This document shows, one piece after another, positions 8,467 to 18,415 of a DNA stretch of 64,000 bases. The DNA lies in contig CAWJQU010000005.1 in assembly GCA_963845145.1 (NCBI GenBank), positions 1,248,001 to 1,312,000 on the forward strand. Direction: 5' to 3'. The notes below the pieces were generated by a model. It ran no database searches and had not been told where the DNA came from. It was given only the letters and a program-made list of their open reading frames with translations. Origin of the DNA: an uncultured delta proteobacterium (GTDB lineage: Bacteria > Desulfobacterota > Desulfobacteria > Desulfobacterales > QNYZ01). The position numbers and the translations under genes were made by a program. Position 1 is the first letter of the stretch. Each line of letters opens with the position of its first letter.

Positions 8467-9885
8467 ATGCTCACAGCATTTCGTAAAACCAAGATCGTCT
8501 GTACCATCGGGCCGGCCACGGCGTCTCTTTCAGCACTTAAACAGCTGATTCGGGCGGGCATGAATGTGGCTCGGCTCAATTTTTCCCATGGCGATCTCAA
8601 GGGGCATCGGGAAACCATAAAAAAAATCCGGCAGGCGGCCAGGGAAGAGAGGCGTGTCGTCGGCATCTTACAAGATCTGGCAGGCCCCAAGATCAGGCTG
8701 GGCCGCATTGACGAACGAAAACTTACCGGTGGTGAAGAAGTGGTCTTGGTCAGTGGCAGCGAGGCAGTGGGTGATGCGTTGCCGGTGAATTACCCCTTTC
8801 TTTGCGAGGATCTCAGCGAAGGTGAGTCTATTTTGATGGCCGATGGGCGGGTGGAACTTCAGGTCGTTGAGGTGAATACGGATCATATTCGTGCCAAAGT
8901 CGTCAATGGGGGCATCCTTACGGCCAACAAGGGCGTCAATTTACCGAGCAGTGATTTGAGAATTGCCGCATTTACCGAGAAGGATCGGGACGATCTTGAG
9001 TTCGGTCTGGCGGAGGGCGTGGATTTTGTGGCGATGTCTTTTATTCGTCATGAGAAAGATATCCAGCCTGTTCGGGAGCGCATATCGGCCAACAGTGATG
9101 GACCGCTGGTGATTGCCAAGATTGAAAAACCCCAGGCCGTTGATCGGCTGGATCCTATCATTGCTGCTGTGGACGGTGTGATGGTGGCACGTGGTGATCT
9201 GGGGGTTGAGATGCCCCTTGAAGGCGTTCCCTTGATTCAAAAAGAGATCATTCATAAAACCCGCACCGCCGGTAAGGTTGTGATCACGGCCACCCAGATG
9301 TTAAGTTCCATGGTGGAAAACCCCAGGCCCAGTCGTGCAGAGGTCACCGATGTGGCCCACGCGATTTTAGACGGTACGGATGCCGTCATGCTCAGCGAAG
9401 AGACTGCCGTGGGGAAGTACCCGATTGAAGCGGTAGCGGTTTTGGATCGGATAGCCTTCAAAACCGAATCGAGCTTGGATCCGAAACGCTTTTTAAAAGA
9501 CGACATCTCCAAAAATCTGCCCCTGTCCAATGGGGCGGTCAGCCGTGCGGCGGCCTGGCTGGCCAATGATATCAATGCCGATTTGATTGTGGCCGCAACG
9601 ACAAGTGGTTCAACTGCACGCGTGATGTCCCGCCTGAGGCCACCGATGCCCATTATCGGTTTAACGGCCAACCCGAAAACCCATCGGCAATTGTGCCTGT
9701 CTTGCGGTGTAATTCCGGCACTGGTACCGGCTTTTGATGATTTGGATGAGATGCTATGGCAGGTGAATCGCTATCTGAAAGAAGAAGCCCTGGCTGAGCC
9801 GGGGAGCCGGGTTATCCTGACTGCCGGAGCGCCGTTAAACGTTCCCGGAACGACCAACCTGATCAAGGTCCTTGAGATCGAATAG
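8467..9885 (+). CDS. pyk: Pyruvate kinase
   Basis: KTKIVCTIGPA, ARLNFSHG, AKIE, MVARGDLGVE, TATQML. Confidence 0.97.
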   Translation: MLTAFRKTKIVCTIGPATASLSALKQLIRAGMNVARLNFSHGDLKGHRETIKKIRQAAREERRVVGILQDLAGPKIRLGRIDERKLTGGEEVVLVSGSEAVGDALPVNYPFLCEDLSEGESILMADGRVELQVVEVNTDHIRAKVVNGGILTANKGVNLPSSDLRIAAFTEKDRDDLEFGLAEGVDFVAMSFIRHEKDIQPVRERISANSDGPLVIAKIEKPQAVDRLDPIIAAVDGVMVARGDLGVEMPLEGVPLIQKEIIHKTRTAGKVVITATQMLSSMVENPRPSRAEVTDVAHAILDGTDAVMLSEETAVGKYPIEAVAVLDRIAFKTESSLDPKRFLKDDISKNLPLSNGAVSRAAAWLANDINADLIVAATTSGSTARVMSRLRPPMPIIGLTANPKTHRQLCLSCGVIPALVPAFDDLDEMLWQVNRYLKEEALAEPGSRVILTAGAPLNVPGTTNLIKVLEIE

Positions 9886-9927
9886 CGAAGAGGCAATTCG
9901 GTTGTCGCTTCCGCATTAAAAATATCT

Positions 9928-10139
9928 CCCGCAGAAACGCCAGACGCAGAGGGGAATCTTTTATCTTTTAGACCATTGACCATCACAGCGCGCTCTGTGT
10001 TCTCCGCGGTAATATTTTTTGTGCTTTCAAGCTTTGTGGCCTCATAGCTTTCAACTTTTTTGCCGTGGACCCACACAGACGGACACGGACAAATTTAAAC
10101 AGCCATTATTTCACCGCCGAGATCGCGGAGACCGCAGAG
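9928..10139. repeat. Cluster of short 8-10 nt tandem repeat triplets
   Basis: accgccgag-atcgcggag-accgcagag (10113-10139); inverted copy at 9984-10010; 8-mer run at 10022-10058; cacacagacg/gacacggac at 10072-10090. Confidence 0.6.
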
Positions 10140-10271
10140 GATTATAAATACAAAACAGATCTTTTCTTGGCGGGGCAAAATCCCTTCGCCCTTTTTACGA
10201 TACCGACCCCGATTTGGATTTGGGCTAGGATTATTGCAACAGTCTCAATCAGGAGCTGATCCACGCTGGAG

Positions 10272-10300
10272 TTGACGCCTTTTTACCATGTGGCTATAAT
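10272..10300 (+). promoter_or_regulatory. sigma70 promoter of the acyl-CoA synthetase
   Basis: TTGACG-N17-TATAAT. Confidence 0.8.
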
Positions 10301-10335
10301 CTAAAATCAAATCTTACTATAAAAGGAGCCGCCTC

Positions 10336-11886
10336 ATGGGATTGCAGGATTTCACCTTTTACGACCTGATCTGTCAAAATGCCGAGACATATGGCAACCG
10401 GGATGCCTGGTATGAAGTTGCCAATGAGCGTTCGGTTTCTTTCGCTGATTTTAAGAAACAAGTCGACCGCCTCGCCCTGGGACTGCAGCAATCCGGGATT
10501 CAAAAAGGCGATCGCATCGGCGTGTTGGGAAAAAACAGCCTTGCCTATTTTACCATTTATGGTGCTGCCGCAGCCTTGGGAGCCATTGTTTTGCCCATTA
10601 ACTGGCGGTTGTCGGCCGAAGAAATGGTTTATAATTTAAATGACTGCACAACAACGGCCCTCTTTATCGATACTGAATTTCAGGGTTTGATTGAAGAAAA
10701 CGTTACGCGATTATCCTCCGTCGATCACTACTTTGGCCTCACTGCGGATGGATCCAGGTATCCGGTCTCCAAGTATCCGGCCATTGATTCTTTAATGGAC
10801 AATGGCGGGGATTTTGAACCGGTGACAGTGGAGAGCGACGATGGCTTCGTTATCATCCACACCGCCGCAGTGGCCGGAAGGCCGCGAGGGGCGTTACTTA
10901 GTCACGCCAATGTGTTGTGTGCCAATATGCATCTTATTCATCTGTTTGGTTTGAGCTGTGATGATGCACATCTGAATCTATTGCCCCTGTTTCATGTGGC
11001 CGGGTTGTTCATGGCTGCCGGCAGCTTTCATGCCGGGGCAATCAATGTCAATATGGCTAAATTCGACGCCGGCCAAGCCGTCGATTTGATCGCTGCTAAG
11101 AAGATTTCAGTGATGTTTGATTTTTCACCCATTTTGGCATCGATTCTGGAAGAACAGGAAAAATCGGGCATCGATATTCAGTCGCTTCGCGCTGTGCTCG
11201 GCATCGAAACACCTGAAACCATTAATGCTTATCAAGATCGTACCGGCGGCTGTTTTTATTGCTTGTACGGACAGACGGAAACCAGCGCCTTGGCGACACT
11301 GGGTCGGTATAACGATCGGCCCGGTTCAGCAGGGCGTCCCATCGCTCTTTCCCGGGTTGCCCTCTTCAACGACGATGACGCGCCGGTAAAGACAGGCGAC
11401 ACCGGCGAAATTGTCATGCAGGGCCCCATGGTGTTTAAAGGCTACTGGGGCTTGGACGCGGAGAACGAGCACACCTTTCGCAAGGGTTGGCATCATACCG
11501 GCGATCTCGGTCGTTTCGATGAGGATGGATTTCTCTGGTTCGAAGGCCGCAAACCGGACAAGGAATTGATCAAACCCGGCGGAGAGAATGTCTACCCTGC
11601 TGAGGTGGAGAACGTGATCTGTGAACATCCGGCCGTAGAAGCTGCCGTGGTGTTCGGGGTTCCTGACCCGAAATGGAAAGAAGCTATCTGTGCGGTCTGT
11701 TCTCTTAAAACCGGAGAGACGATGGCCGAAGAGGCGCTTATTTCATTTGTGGGTGAACGGATCGCCCGATATAAAAAACCCAAATACGTTATTTTTACCC
11801 ACGCGATGCCGCTCCAAAAAGATGGAGCGCCGGATCGAGACAAAATTAAAGAACAGTACAAAGGGCAATTCGACGCTTTCGCGTAA
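10336..11886 (+). CDS. AMP-binding acyl-CoA synthetase
   Basis: Variant AMP motif IIHTAAVAGRPRG, YGQTE, HTGDLG, KPGGENVYPAEVE. Confidence 0.9.
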   Translation: MGLQDFTFYDLICQNAETYGNRDAWYEVANERSVSFADFKKQVDRLALGLQQSGIQKGDRIGVLGKNSLAYFTIYGAAAALGAIVLPINWRLSAEEMVYNLNDCTTTALFIDTEFQGLIEENVTRLSSVDHYFGLTADGSRYPVSKYPAIDSLMDNGGDFEPVTVESDDGFVIIHTAAVAGRPRGALLSHANVLCANMHLIHLFGLSCDDAHLNLLPLFHVAGLFMAAGSFHAGAINVNMAKFDAGQAVDLIAAKKISVMFDFSPILASILEEQEKSGIDIQSLRAVLGIETPETINAYQDRTGGCFYCLYGQTETSALATLGRYNDRPGSAGRPIALSRVALFNDDDAPVKTGDTGEIVMQGPMVFKGYWGLDAENEHTFRKGWHHTGDLGRFDEDGFLWFEGRKPDKELIKPGGENVYPAEVENVICEHPAVEAAVVFGVPDPKWKEAICAVCSLKTGETMAEEALISFVGERIARYKKPKYVIFTHAMPLQKDGAPDRDKIKEQYKGQFDAFA

Positions 11887-11973
11887 ACAAAGCTGTGTAA
11901 TATCCAGTCGGTATGTTCAGGAACAAGCCATTGATTTGATTTCATTTGAAATGGCTGCGTTCCATTTTTTGGT

Positions 11974-12549
11974 TTAGTCCTTTTTGATCCCCGCGCTTTT
12001 TTGAGAGATATTTGCTGTTTTGTATAAAAGAAGGCATTTTCGAAACAATATTTCCTGCGCTTGACCCTCGATGGGTGGGATAATTTGCTGGCAGCCAATA
12101 TAAATAGTGTGCAGCATTTCCGCCATAATGACACCCTCTTTTTCATCGTCCAACAGAGCAATGCAGATGGACCTTAGGTAAGCCATCCGTTGCTTGTCTA
12201 TGCGGTACTGATAAGATCGTACCGATTCATCCTGCAAAGACCAAGACCGTATAGCCACCTCGGCGGGAGGGGGATAGCTGAGTGCAGCCTCAGCCAAGTT
12301 GTATAGCTTTTCTTCGGGTGTTTTTCCCATTTCGGATAACTTGATTATTTCCCTTGTCCCTTGCTTTTCAAAAAAGGTCAGCAAACGATTTTTATATTCT
12401 TCAAAGTTTTTAAAATGATGATAAAAGGAGCCTTTGGTAACGCGCAGCTTTGTTGCAATCAACTCTATTTTCAGAGCATTTACGCCGCTTTCCGATAATA
12501 TTTTCAACCCTTCGGATAGCCAATCTCGTTTGCTTTTACCTGCCACCAC
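11974..12549 (-). CDS. TetR/AcrR family regulator
   Basis: HTH 'IATKLRVTKGSFYHHF'. Confidence 0.9.
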   Translation of the reverse strand: MVAGKSKRDWLSEGLKILSESGVNALKIELIATKLRVTKGSFYHHFKNFEEYKNRLLTFFEKQGTREIIKLSEMGKTPEEKLYNLAEAALSYPPPAEVAIRSWSLQDESVRSYQYRIDKQRMAYLRSICIALLDDEKEGVIMAEMLHTIYIGCQQIIPPIEGQAQEILFRKCLLLYKTANISQKSAGIKKD

Positions 12550-13105
12550 CGACCTCCCTGATGACCCACTGGTTGTCTTTTTTAATAAGTACTACCGGCC
12601 TCAAACCGAATGGTTCTGGGACAATGTTACGATGGAAATTCATCAGTTCGATTCGGTAAGATTTGATACATATGAGCACGTAATCATCGCTTTTGGGGCC
12701 ATCAGGGAAAAAAAGCCGCCACGCACCTTTCCAATATTGATGTTTCAGGTCACTCTCTGTTCGGATGTTTGCCTCTCCGTGAAGTATCAAGTTAGCGTCT
12801 TTTCTCATGTCTCCAAACGCAAGTGTGACGTTTGGATTTGCCTTAATTTCCCGAATTTTTCTAAGTTTGGGATGTGTACCAATCCAAACAACAAAATCAT
12901 CAGGCGATGGTATTGGTTGAACGAGTCTGGCATTTGGGCATCCTGCCTCGCTATTGGTTATCAGAAAGCAGTATTTTGAGTGGTTCAGCATATTTCGAGC
13001 TGTTTCTAAGCAGTGTCCTATCGATGTGTTTAGTGCTTGTTGTTTGTGTGCTTTATAAATATCTAAAAATTTTCTAAGTATTGTTTTTTTTATTTTTTTC
13101 AACAT
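12536..13105 (-). CDS. Pyridoxamine 5'-phosphate oxidase-like FMN-binding protein
   Basis: 'PNARLV', 'RKIREIKANPNVTLAF', 'FFPDGP..DDYVLI'. Confidence 0.8.
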   Translation of the reverse strand: MLKKIKKTILRKFLDIYKAHKQQALNTSIGHCLETARNMLNHSKYCFLITNSEAGCPNARLVQPIPSPDDFVVWIGTHPKLRKIREIKANPNVTLAFGDMRKDANLILHGEANIRTESDLKHQYWKGAWRLFFPDGPKSDDYVLICIKSYRIELMNFHRNIVPEPFGLRPVVLIKKDNQWVIREVGGGR

Positions 13106-13149
13106 GATCTCTCCGGTGATCCTCTCAACTAAGGGGGGTATTTATTTCA

Positions 13150-13178
13150 ACCATACCATACGGTATGGTATGGATCAA
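13150..13178 (-). promoter_or_regulatory. Promoter with overlapping perfect palindrome (probable TetR operator)
   Basis: TTGATC-N17-TATGGT on the minus strand; CCATACCATAC-G-GTATGGTATGG at 13151-13173. Confidence 0.8.
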
Positions 13179-13373
13179 GAAAAAGATTGTCGTGCAATAG
13201 GTTTAAAAGCCGATCGTTTTTTTAAATGCTTACCGGTATGAGTGGTTTATTATGTGATTACAGCCATGATTCATACTCTTAAAGGTTGGACCATTGTCAT
13301 CTTGCCGATTAGTGTGATAATTATTTCACATAAAAAAAACGTGTATTGCTATCGAAATTCCTTCTAATACCCT

Positions 13374-14156
13374 ATGAAAATACACCCGAATCGAATTATT
13401 CATTTCAAAGGCACTTGCAATTTTCGAGATCTGGGCGGCTATCTCACGCAATGCGGTAGGCAGGTCAAATGGGGTACGGTCTACCGATCCGATCATTTAG
13501 GGTCTTTAACGCGTGCGGATTTAAAACGATTTGAACAGTTGGGTATCCAATTGATTCTGGATACCCGCACGCCTTTAGAGCGCCAATCCCGACCCAACCG
13601 ACTTCCCAAGAACAATGCCCCCCGAACCATCCATTTCCCCATCGAGGTTGGCAACCGAAGCATCGATGAACTCAAACGGAAGGTTTTTTTCGGAAAAACA
13701 GATGATTTGGATCTGCATGACGAATTGATTCAAAACTATAAATTGGGCGTGTCGACCCATGGTAAAGAGATCATGGCCATGATTGATTTGCTCTGTAACA
13801 CGGACAATCTGCCCGTTTTGATCCATTGCAATTCGGGCAAGGATCGAACCGGCATTGCCTGCGCCTTGCTGCTTAGCGCTTTAGGCGTGCCCCGGGAAAC
13901 GATTTTTGAAGATTATCTACTATCTGCCGCCTGCATGGAAAAAATGGTCAATCGGCTTGTTGTGAAAGTAAAGTTAATCAGCCTTTTACGCGCCGATACA
14001 TTACAATTGCGCAACATGTTATCAACCAGACCGGTTTTTTTACAGGCTGCTTTTGACGAAATGAAGCGGCTTAATGGTTCGCCTGGGGCTTACCTTCAGG
14101 CCCTTGGGCTTACCGAATCGATGCGTGAAAAGCTGGTGAACAATTTATGTGCGTAA
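13374..14156 (+). CDS. Tyrosine-protein phosphatase (Y_phosphatase3/IphP-like)
   Basis: NFRDLGGY, HCNSGKDRTG, DYLLS. Confidence 0.92.
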   Translation: MKIHPNRIIHFKGTCNFRDLGGYLTQCGRQVKWGTVYRSDHLGSLTRADLKRFEQLGIQLILDTRTPLERQSRPNRLPKNNAPRTIHFPIEVGNRSIDELKRKVFFGKTDDLDLHDELIQNYKLGVSTHGKEIMAMIDLLCNTDNLPVLIHCNSGKDRTGIACALLLSALGVPRETIFEDYLLSAACMEKMVNRLVVKVKLISLLRADTLQLRNMLSTRPVFLQAAFDEMKRLNGSPGAYLQALGLTESMREKLVNNLCA

Positions 14157-14186
14157 AGCGGACCCGTATTTTTTTATCTTTCCTTA

Positions 14187-14328
14187 GAGCCAATTTCAAA
14201 ACGTCCCAGTTTGCCCAATTTCGGTGTCAGGCTCAAATTTTAATCCTCGAAATACTCAATGTATTCCTCCGGTTAAAATTTTCGCCTTCCTTGACCTTGA
14301 ACAAACTGGAACATTTTGAAAATGGCTC
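14187..14328. mobile_element. 142-bp MITE-like element, copy 2
   Basis: GAGCC...GGCTC termini; colinear with 7128-7269. Confidence 0.8.
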
Positions 14329-14355
14329 CTTAAAATAATAAACGGTAAAGGGCGA

Positions 14356-15108
14356 ATGATATATCCTTTCAGGTGCAATGTTTGGCTTTCCTGCTTGTTC
14401 ATTTTAATACTTTGTACGCCCGCGTCTTGGACGTCGGGATCGGACGTAAAATCAGGCCTCACATGGGGAGTGGTGTCTCACAACAACAATCTGGGGATCG
14501 ATCGTGTTGGTTGCTATGGGCGACCTCGTATTGATGGCTCTCAGGATGGCCCTGCATGTGACCCATATCAGGGTGATACACCATGTTCTCAGTATCTGCC
14601 GATCCTATGTGTTAAGACAGAAGGGCTGCCACGACCGAATTATGCCCTAATGGGTAAAGGGCACGCCATGCCCGTGGAATATTATAATGGCTGGGCAGGG
14701 GGGCACCTCGGCCTGACAGAGGTGATACGTGGAAGTGCTCTGACAAGCATTCAGGTCGCGAATGTCTTTTGTGTAGCGGCCCTGGGCGATGGATATCGAA
14801 TGGCGGAGCATCACGATGGTAAATATGTGGCCGGTATGAATGCGAACAACTTTTATGGTGAAACATGGCCATCACCGGATCAATTATCCTCTGGGGGCTG
14901 GCATTGGTTCGCATATGGGAATTTGCCCGGTGACAGCCGGTTTTGGGTTCATATCAACGATCAGCCGCGGGGTAATTGCTGGGAGGCTATTGAAGACGTC
15001 GCCACTAGTAGGGATGATGACGCAACGCCGGCTATTCCAAAAATGACTGAAACAGTGATGCCGGATAAACTGATAGATAATGTGAATCAAAAAAAGAGGG
15101 CTGATTAG
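14356..15108 (+). CDS. Secreted Cys/Trp-rich hypothetical protein
   Basis: Signal peptide; CDPYQGDTPC..LPILC, GWAGG, MAEHHDG, RFWVHINDQ..NCW. Confidence 0.7.
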   Translation: MIYPFRCNVWLSCLFILILCTPASWTSGSDVKSGLTWGVVSHNNNLGIDRVGCYGRPRIDGSQDGPACDPYQGDTPCSQYLPILCVKTEGLPRPNYALMGKGHAMPVEYYNGWAGGHLGLTEVIRGSALTSIQVANVFCVAALGDGYRMAEHHDGKYVAGMNANNFYGETWPSPDQLSSGGWHWFAYGNLPGDSRFWVHINDQPRGNCWEAIEDVATSRDDDATPAIPKMTETVMPDKLIDNVNQKKRAD

Positions 15109-15219
15109 GCGTGGCTTCAACAACAACATAACCAACAAAGCAATTCCCGATTTGAGGAACTAGTTTGATTCGATATTTAGAGCTTCTATCCCAGCTTTTT
15201 ACCCAATTCGTGTTTATAG

Positions 15220-15957
15220 TTATCGCAACGCCGCTTTCGAGAAAATATGCTCGGGAATGTCGGCGTTAAATTCGATGGTTTCGATGATAAACTCGGTCCC
15301 TTTGCCTTTTTTGAGCATGTCTTTGAAGACCATTTTTTTAGGAAACCAGCGCGCCTCCATTTGAACGACATCCGATAGTTCAAGTTTTTTCAACAAACGG
15401 CCGCTTTTTGCGAACAGTTCTTCTTTTAAGGGAATGTTTCTTTCCTGGTCGACCCATAGTTTTCGGGTCTGATAGGCCACCGTTTTTTTAGTAGCGGTCA
15501 ATTTCAACACCCAGCAAGGGCGGTCGTCAATGGTCTCGGTGTCGATGACATCGGCCTGGTAATAATTGGCGAGGTTGGCGTCTTCCATCATATCTTCATA
15601 GGAGAGATCGGAACCCATGACAGACTGCCGAAGCATGTGGCCGGAGATCTGAATGGTGCGATCGGTGGCCGGGGAAAACAGCCACAGCCGGTCTTCGAGC
15701 TTCAACATTTTGGTTCCCCGTTCCCTGGCGGGCGAAGTGTATTCGGTAAAAGCCTTTTCTTCGCCTTGCAGCCACGATTTGGATTCAATCGTCCGGCTGG
15801 CACGTCGGCCGTGAATGACCATTTTTGAGGTCAATACGCGATTATCGGACGACATATTTTGATCGATGCTTTCTAAAATCGCCTTACCGCTGGGATATTC
15901 CGATGCCATCACGGGCAGGCTGAAAAGAAGGACAAGGATACAAGTAGCGGTCTTCAT
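15220..15957 (-). CDS. LolA-like outer-membrane lipoprotein-sorting protein
   Basis: Signal peptide; 'PARERGTKML', 'MGSDLSYEDM'. Confidence 0.85.
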   Translation of the reverse strand: MKTATCILVLLFSLPVMASEYPSGKAILESIDQNMSSDNRVLTSKMVIHGRRASRTIESKSWLQGEEKAFTEYTSPARERGTKMLKLEDRLWLFSPATDRTIQISGHMLRQSVMGSDLSYEDMMEDANLANYYQADVIDTETIDDRPCWVLKLTATKKTVAYQTRKLWVDQERNIPLKEELFAKSGRLLKKLELSDVVQMEARWFPKKMVFKDMLKKGKGTEFIIETIEFNADIPEHIFSKAALR

Positions 15958-17228
15958 GTTTCAAGCTCCTTGAACAGTTGAGAGGTTTGTCTTCTGTAGA
16001 TGCCGATACCCGCAAACAAGGCCCCCAGGACAGAAGCGAAAAGGCCGGGCACAAACCCGATGACATAACTGGTGGGGGTCACCCTCGCCCTGATTATGTT
16101 TGAAAACGTGATCGTTGAATTCTGCATCATGGTACTGATGTCAAATCCCACATATTGAAGCCAATAAGAAAACGCCAACCCAATGGCCGTTCCCAGTATG
16201 GAACCCGCCGCACCCACGCACGCCGATTCGATAATCAAGGATCTATACAGTGTCCCTTTGGACTCGCCAATGGCCAGCCGTACACCAATTTCTCCGTAAC
16301 GACGAATGCCGTTCATTAAACCGGCATTCCATAAGACGATCGACATGGCAAATACAAATATCCCGACGATCAAAGCGCCGATATACCGGGCCATCCCCAG
16401 AATGACCGCCAGGGTTCCCTGTTCGCCCAGGGCCGTCATAACCGGGGAAAATTCGTCTGCCGGTTTCGAGAATTCCTGTTTAAACCATTGGGCGGTTTCG
16501 ATACTTAAACGATCATCGTAGACGAGATCGTTGGAAAAACCGACAATTTCTCCGGCTGCATCATCCATATCCAGTGCCGAGCGGATGTCTTCAATATCGA
16601 CGACAATTGTCTGTTTATCGATGGCGACCATACCGAAATGGAGGGTGCCACTGATTTTCCAGTTGGTGACAGACATGCTACCGTGCATGGTTGCGGAAAT
16701 AAGCGTAACGGTGTCGCCGATATCGATATTCAGTTTTTGGGCAAAAGAATTACTGATCAGGATGTCTCCGGGTTTGACTGGCATGTTTCCCCGGACGATG
16801 GATTTTTTCAATTTGAGTATTTTGTCCTCAACGGCCTCTTTTCCGCGTAGATCAACACCTAAGCCAAACACGGGCCCCTGGGCGCGGGTTTGCCCTTTTT
16901 CATCGGGAATGTCCATCAATCCACCAAATTTAATTCGTGGCGTCCAGATCCAGCCGGGGCGGTCTTTTTTTAGCAGGGTCAACCATTCGGTGGTGTTAAG
17001 CAGGGCCAGATCGTTGGGCAACTGATCAGACACTTTAGCGTAGGCCTGTGTCACGATTTTGGTATGGCCGGTATCAAATCGGGCCCCGGTGTCTACCATG
17101 TCGCTGATCGCACCATTCATATAACTGTAGAGAAAAACGGTAAGAAAAACACCGGTGCTCACCATGAGGACAGGAAAGAGGCTGCGGGACCGGTCTCGCA
17201 TTAGCCCTTTGAACAAAAAGGTGATCAT
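15954..17228 (-). CDS. ABC transporter permease, FtsX/LolE-like
   Basis: Start MITFLFKG at 17228; 'RRYGEIGVRLAIG'. Confidence 0.88.
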   Translation of the reverse strand: MITFLFKGLMRDRSRSLFPVLMVSTGVFLTVFLYSYMNGAISDMVDTGARFDTGHTKIVTQAYAKVSDQLPNDLALLNTTEWLTLLKKDRPGWIWTPRIKFGGLMDIPDEKGQTRAQGPVFGLGVDLRGKEAVEDKILKLKKSIVRGNMPVKPGDILISNSFAQKLNIDIGDTVTLISATMHGSMSVTNWKISGTLHFGMVAIDKQTIVVDIEDIRSALDMDDAAGEIVGFSNDLVYDDRLSIETAQWFKQEFSKPADEFSPVMTALGEQGTLAVILGMARYIGALIVGIFVFAMSIVLWNAGLMNGIRRYGEIGVRLAIGESKGTLYRSLIIESACVGAAGSILGTAIGLAFSYWLQYVGFDISTMMQNSTITFSNIIRARVTPTSYVIGFVPGLFASVLGALFAGIGIYRRQTSQLFKELET

Positions 17229-18412
17229 GACAACTTTCCCCTTATGGCATCGGTGGGTTTCATCCCGGCGATTTTGCGGCTGGGTAAAAAACTGACAACG
17301 GTTACCGTCAACAAGACGATCAGGATGGTACCCCCCACCAACCATGCCGAGTAATAAGGAAACATACGGGAGGTGAGGGCAAATCCATATTCTTCAGCCG
17401 TGCCGGGCATGGGTATCCCTTTGAGCGACGTGATAATAAGCAAGGGAATTCCATATATGGCCGCAACAACGACGGCCATCAATCCGTGCATGGCCCCTTC
17501 GAGCGTAAAGAGGGCAATAACCCGGGATCGAACCATGCCAAGTGCCATCAAGGTCCCGATCTCTTTTCGACGTTTAAAAATCGACAACACCTGGGTATCG
17601 AAAATGGCCAGCATGGCCAGAAACAGCAGGATCACATACATGATGGCCCCGCCGACACGCTTGGTTTTTACCATGTCGGTCAGATCTTTCAGGAGATAGC
17701 CCTGGTTTCGGAATGTCCAGCCCGGTAAATCAAGACCGGGTAAATCTGAATAGGTTCCACCACCCGATTCAACGACGATAACGGTTGCCTCATTGGGTAG
17801 AGCGGACATTTGTCGTAATCTTTCCAAGGGTACCCATATCTGGCCCTGATCGATGGTGGGCACGTTGGTGTTCATGATGTCAACAATCTCTCCGTCAATT
17901 GCATCAAAAGTCCCGTTGGCATCGCGCCACTGGATTGTTAGAATATCCGCTACTTTGAGATCGTTTTTCCGCGCCATGATTTTTCCAATCATTACCGGCA
18001 GGATATTGAGGGGCGCACCAAGCGTGGTAGTGGGGATTTCGAGAATTTTCTGACTCGGATCAACCCCTCTGATCAAAACGGATTGCCCTCTCCCCCCGGG
18101 ATAAATGGTGGCGGGTCGAAACAGTATCGGTACGGCCCGGCCGGTTCGAACGAGGTCATTTATTAGTTCGGGAACCGGTCCGTGGCTGTCTTCCCAAGAT
18201 AACGGGTCATAGGGGTCGTAATTTTTATGCCAATATTGTCCCCCGGCAACCTCATCTTTGATCATGTCCCGGGAGGCCTGTCGTTGCATCCCGGTAAATA
18301 GCCCCTGATGCCAGATAATCAAGACGTAAATAAACGACAGAATGCCCACATTCAACCAGGTCCGTAAGCCCGCTCCCATAATATTGCGATATGCCAATTT
18401 AAGCGTAATCAT
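17225..18412 (-). CDS. ABC transporter permease, FtsX/LolC-like
   Basis: 'LAYRNI', 'RRKEIGTLMALG'. Confidence 0.88.
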   Translation of the reverse strand: MITLKLAYRNIMGAGLRTWLNVGILSFIYVLIIWHQGLFTGMQRQASRDMIKDEVAGGQYWHKNYDPYDPLSWEDSHGPVPELINDLVRTGRAVPILFRPATIYPGGRGQSVLIRGVDPSQKILEIPTTTLGAPLNILPVMIGKIMARKNDLKVADILTIQWRDANGTFDAIDGEIVDIMNTNVPTIDQGQIWVPLERLRQMSALPNEATVIVVESGGGTYSDLPGLDLPGWTFRNQGYLLKDLTDMVKTKRVGGAIMYVILLFLAMLAIFDTQVLSIFKRRKEIGTLMALGMVRSRVIALFTLEGAMHGLMAVVVAAIYGIPLLIITSLKGIPMPGTAEEYGFALTSRMFPYYSAWLVGGTILIVLLTVTVVSFLPSRKIAGMKPTDAIRGKLS

Positions 18413-18415
18413 GGG

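Noticed and set aside
14147..14338. Short ORFs over the MITE copies (also 6973-7332)
   Set aside because: These are incidental frames across the repeat element.
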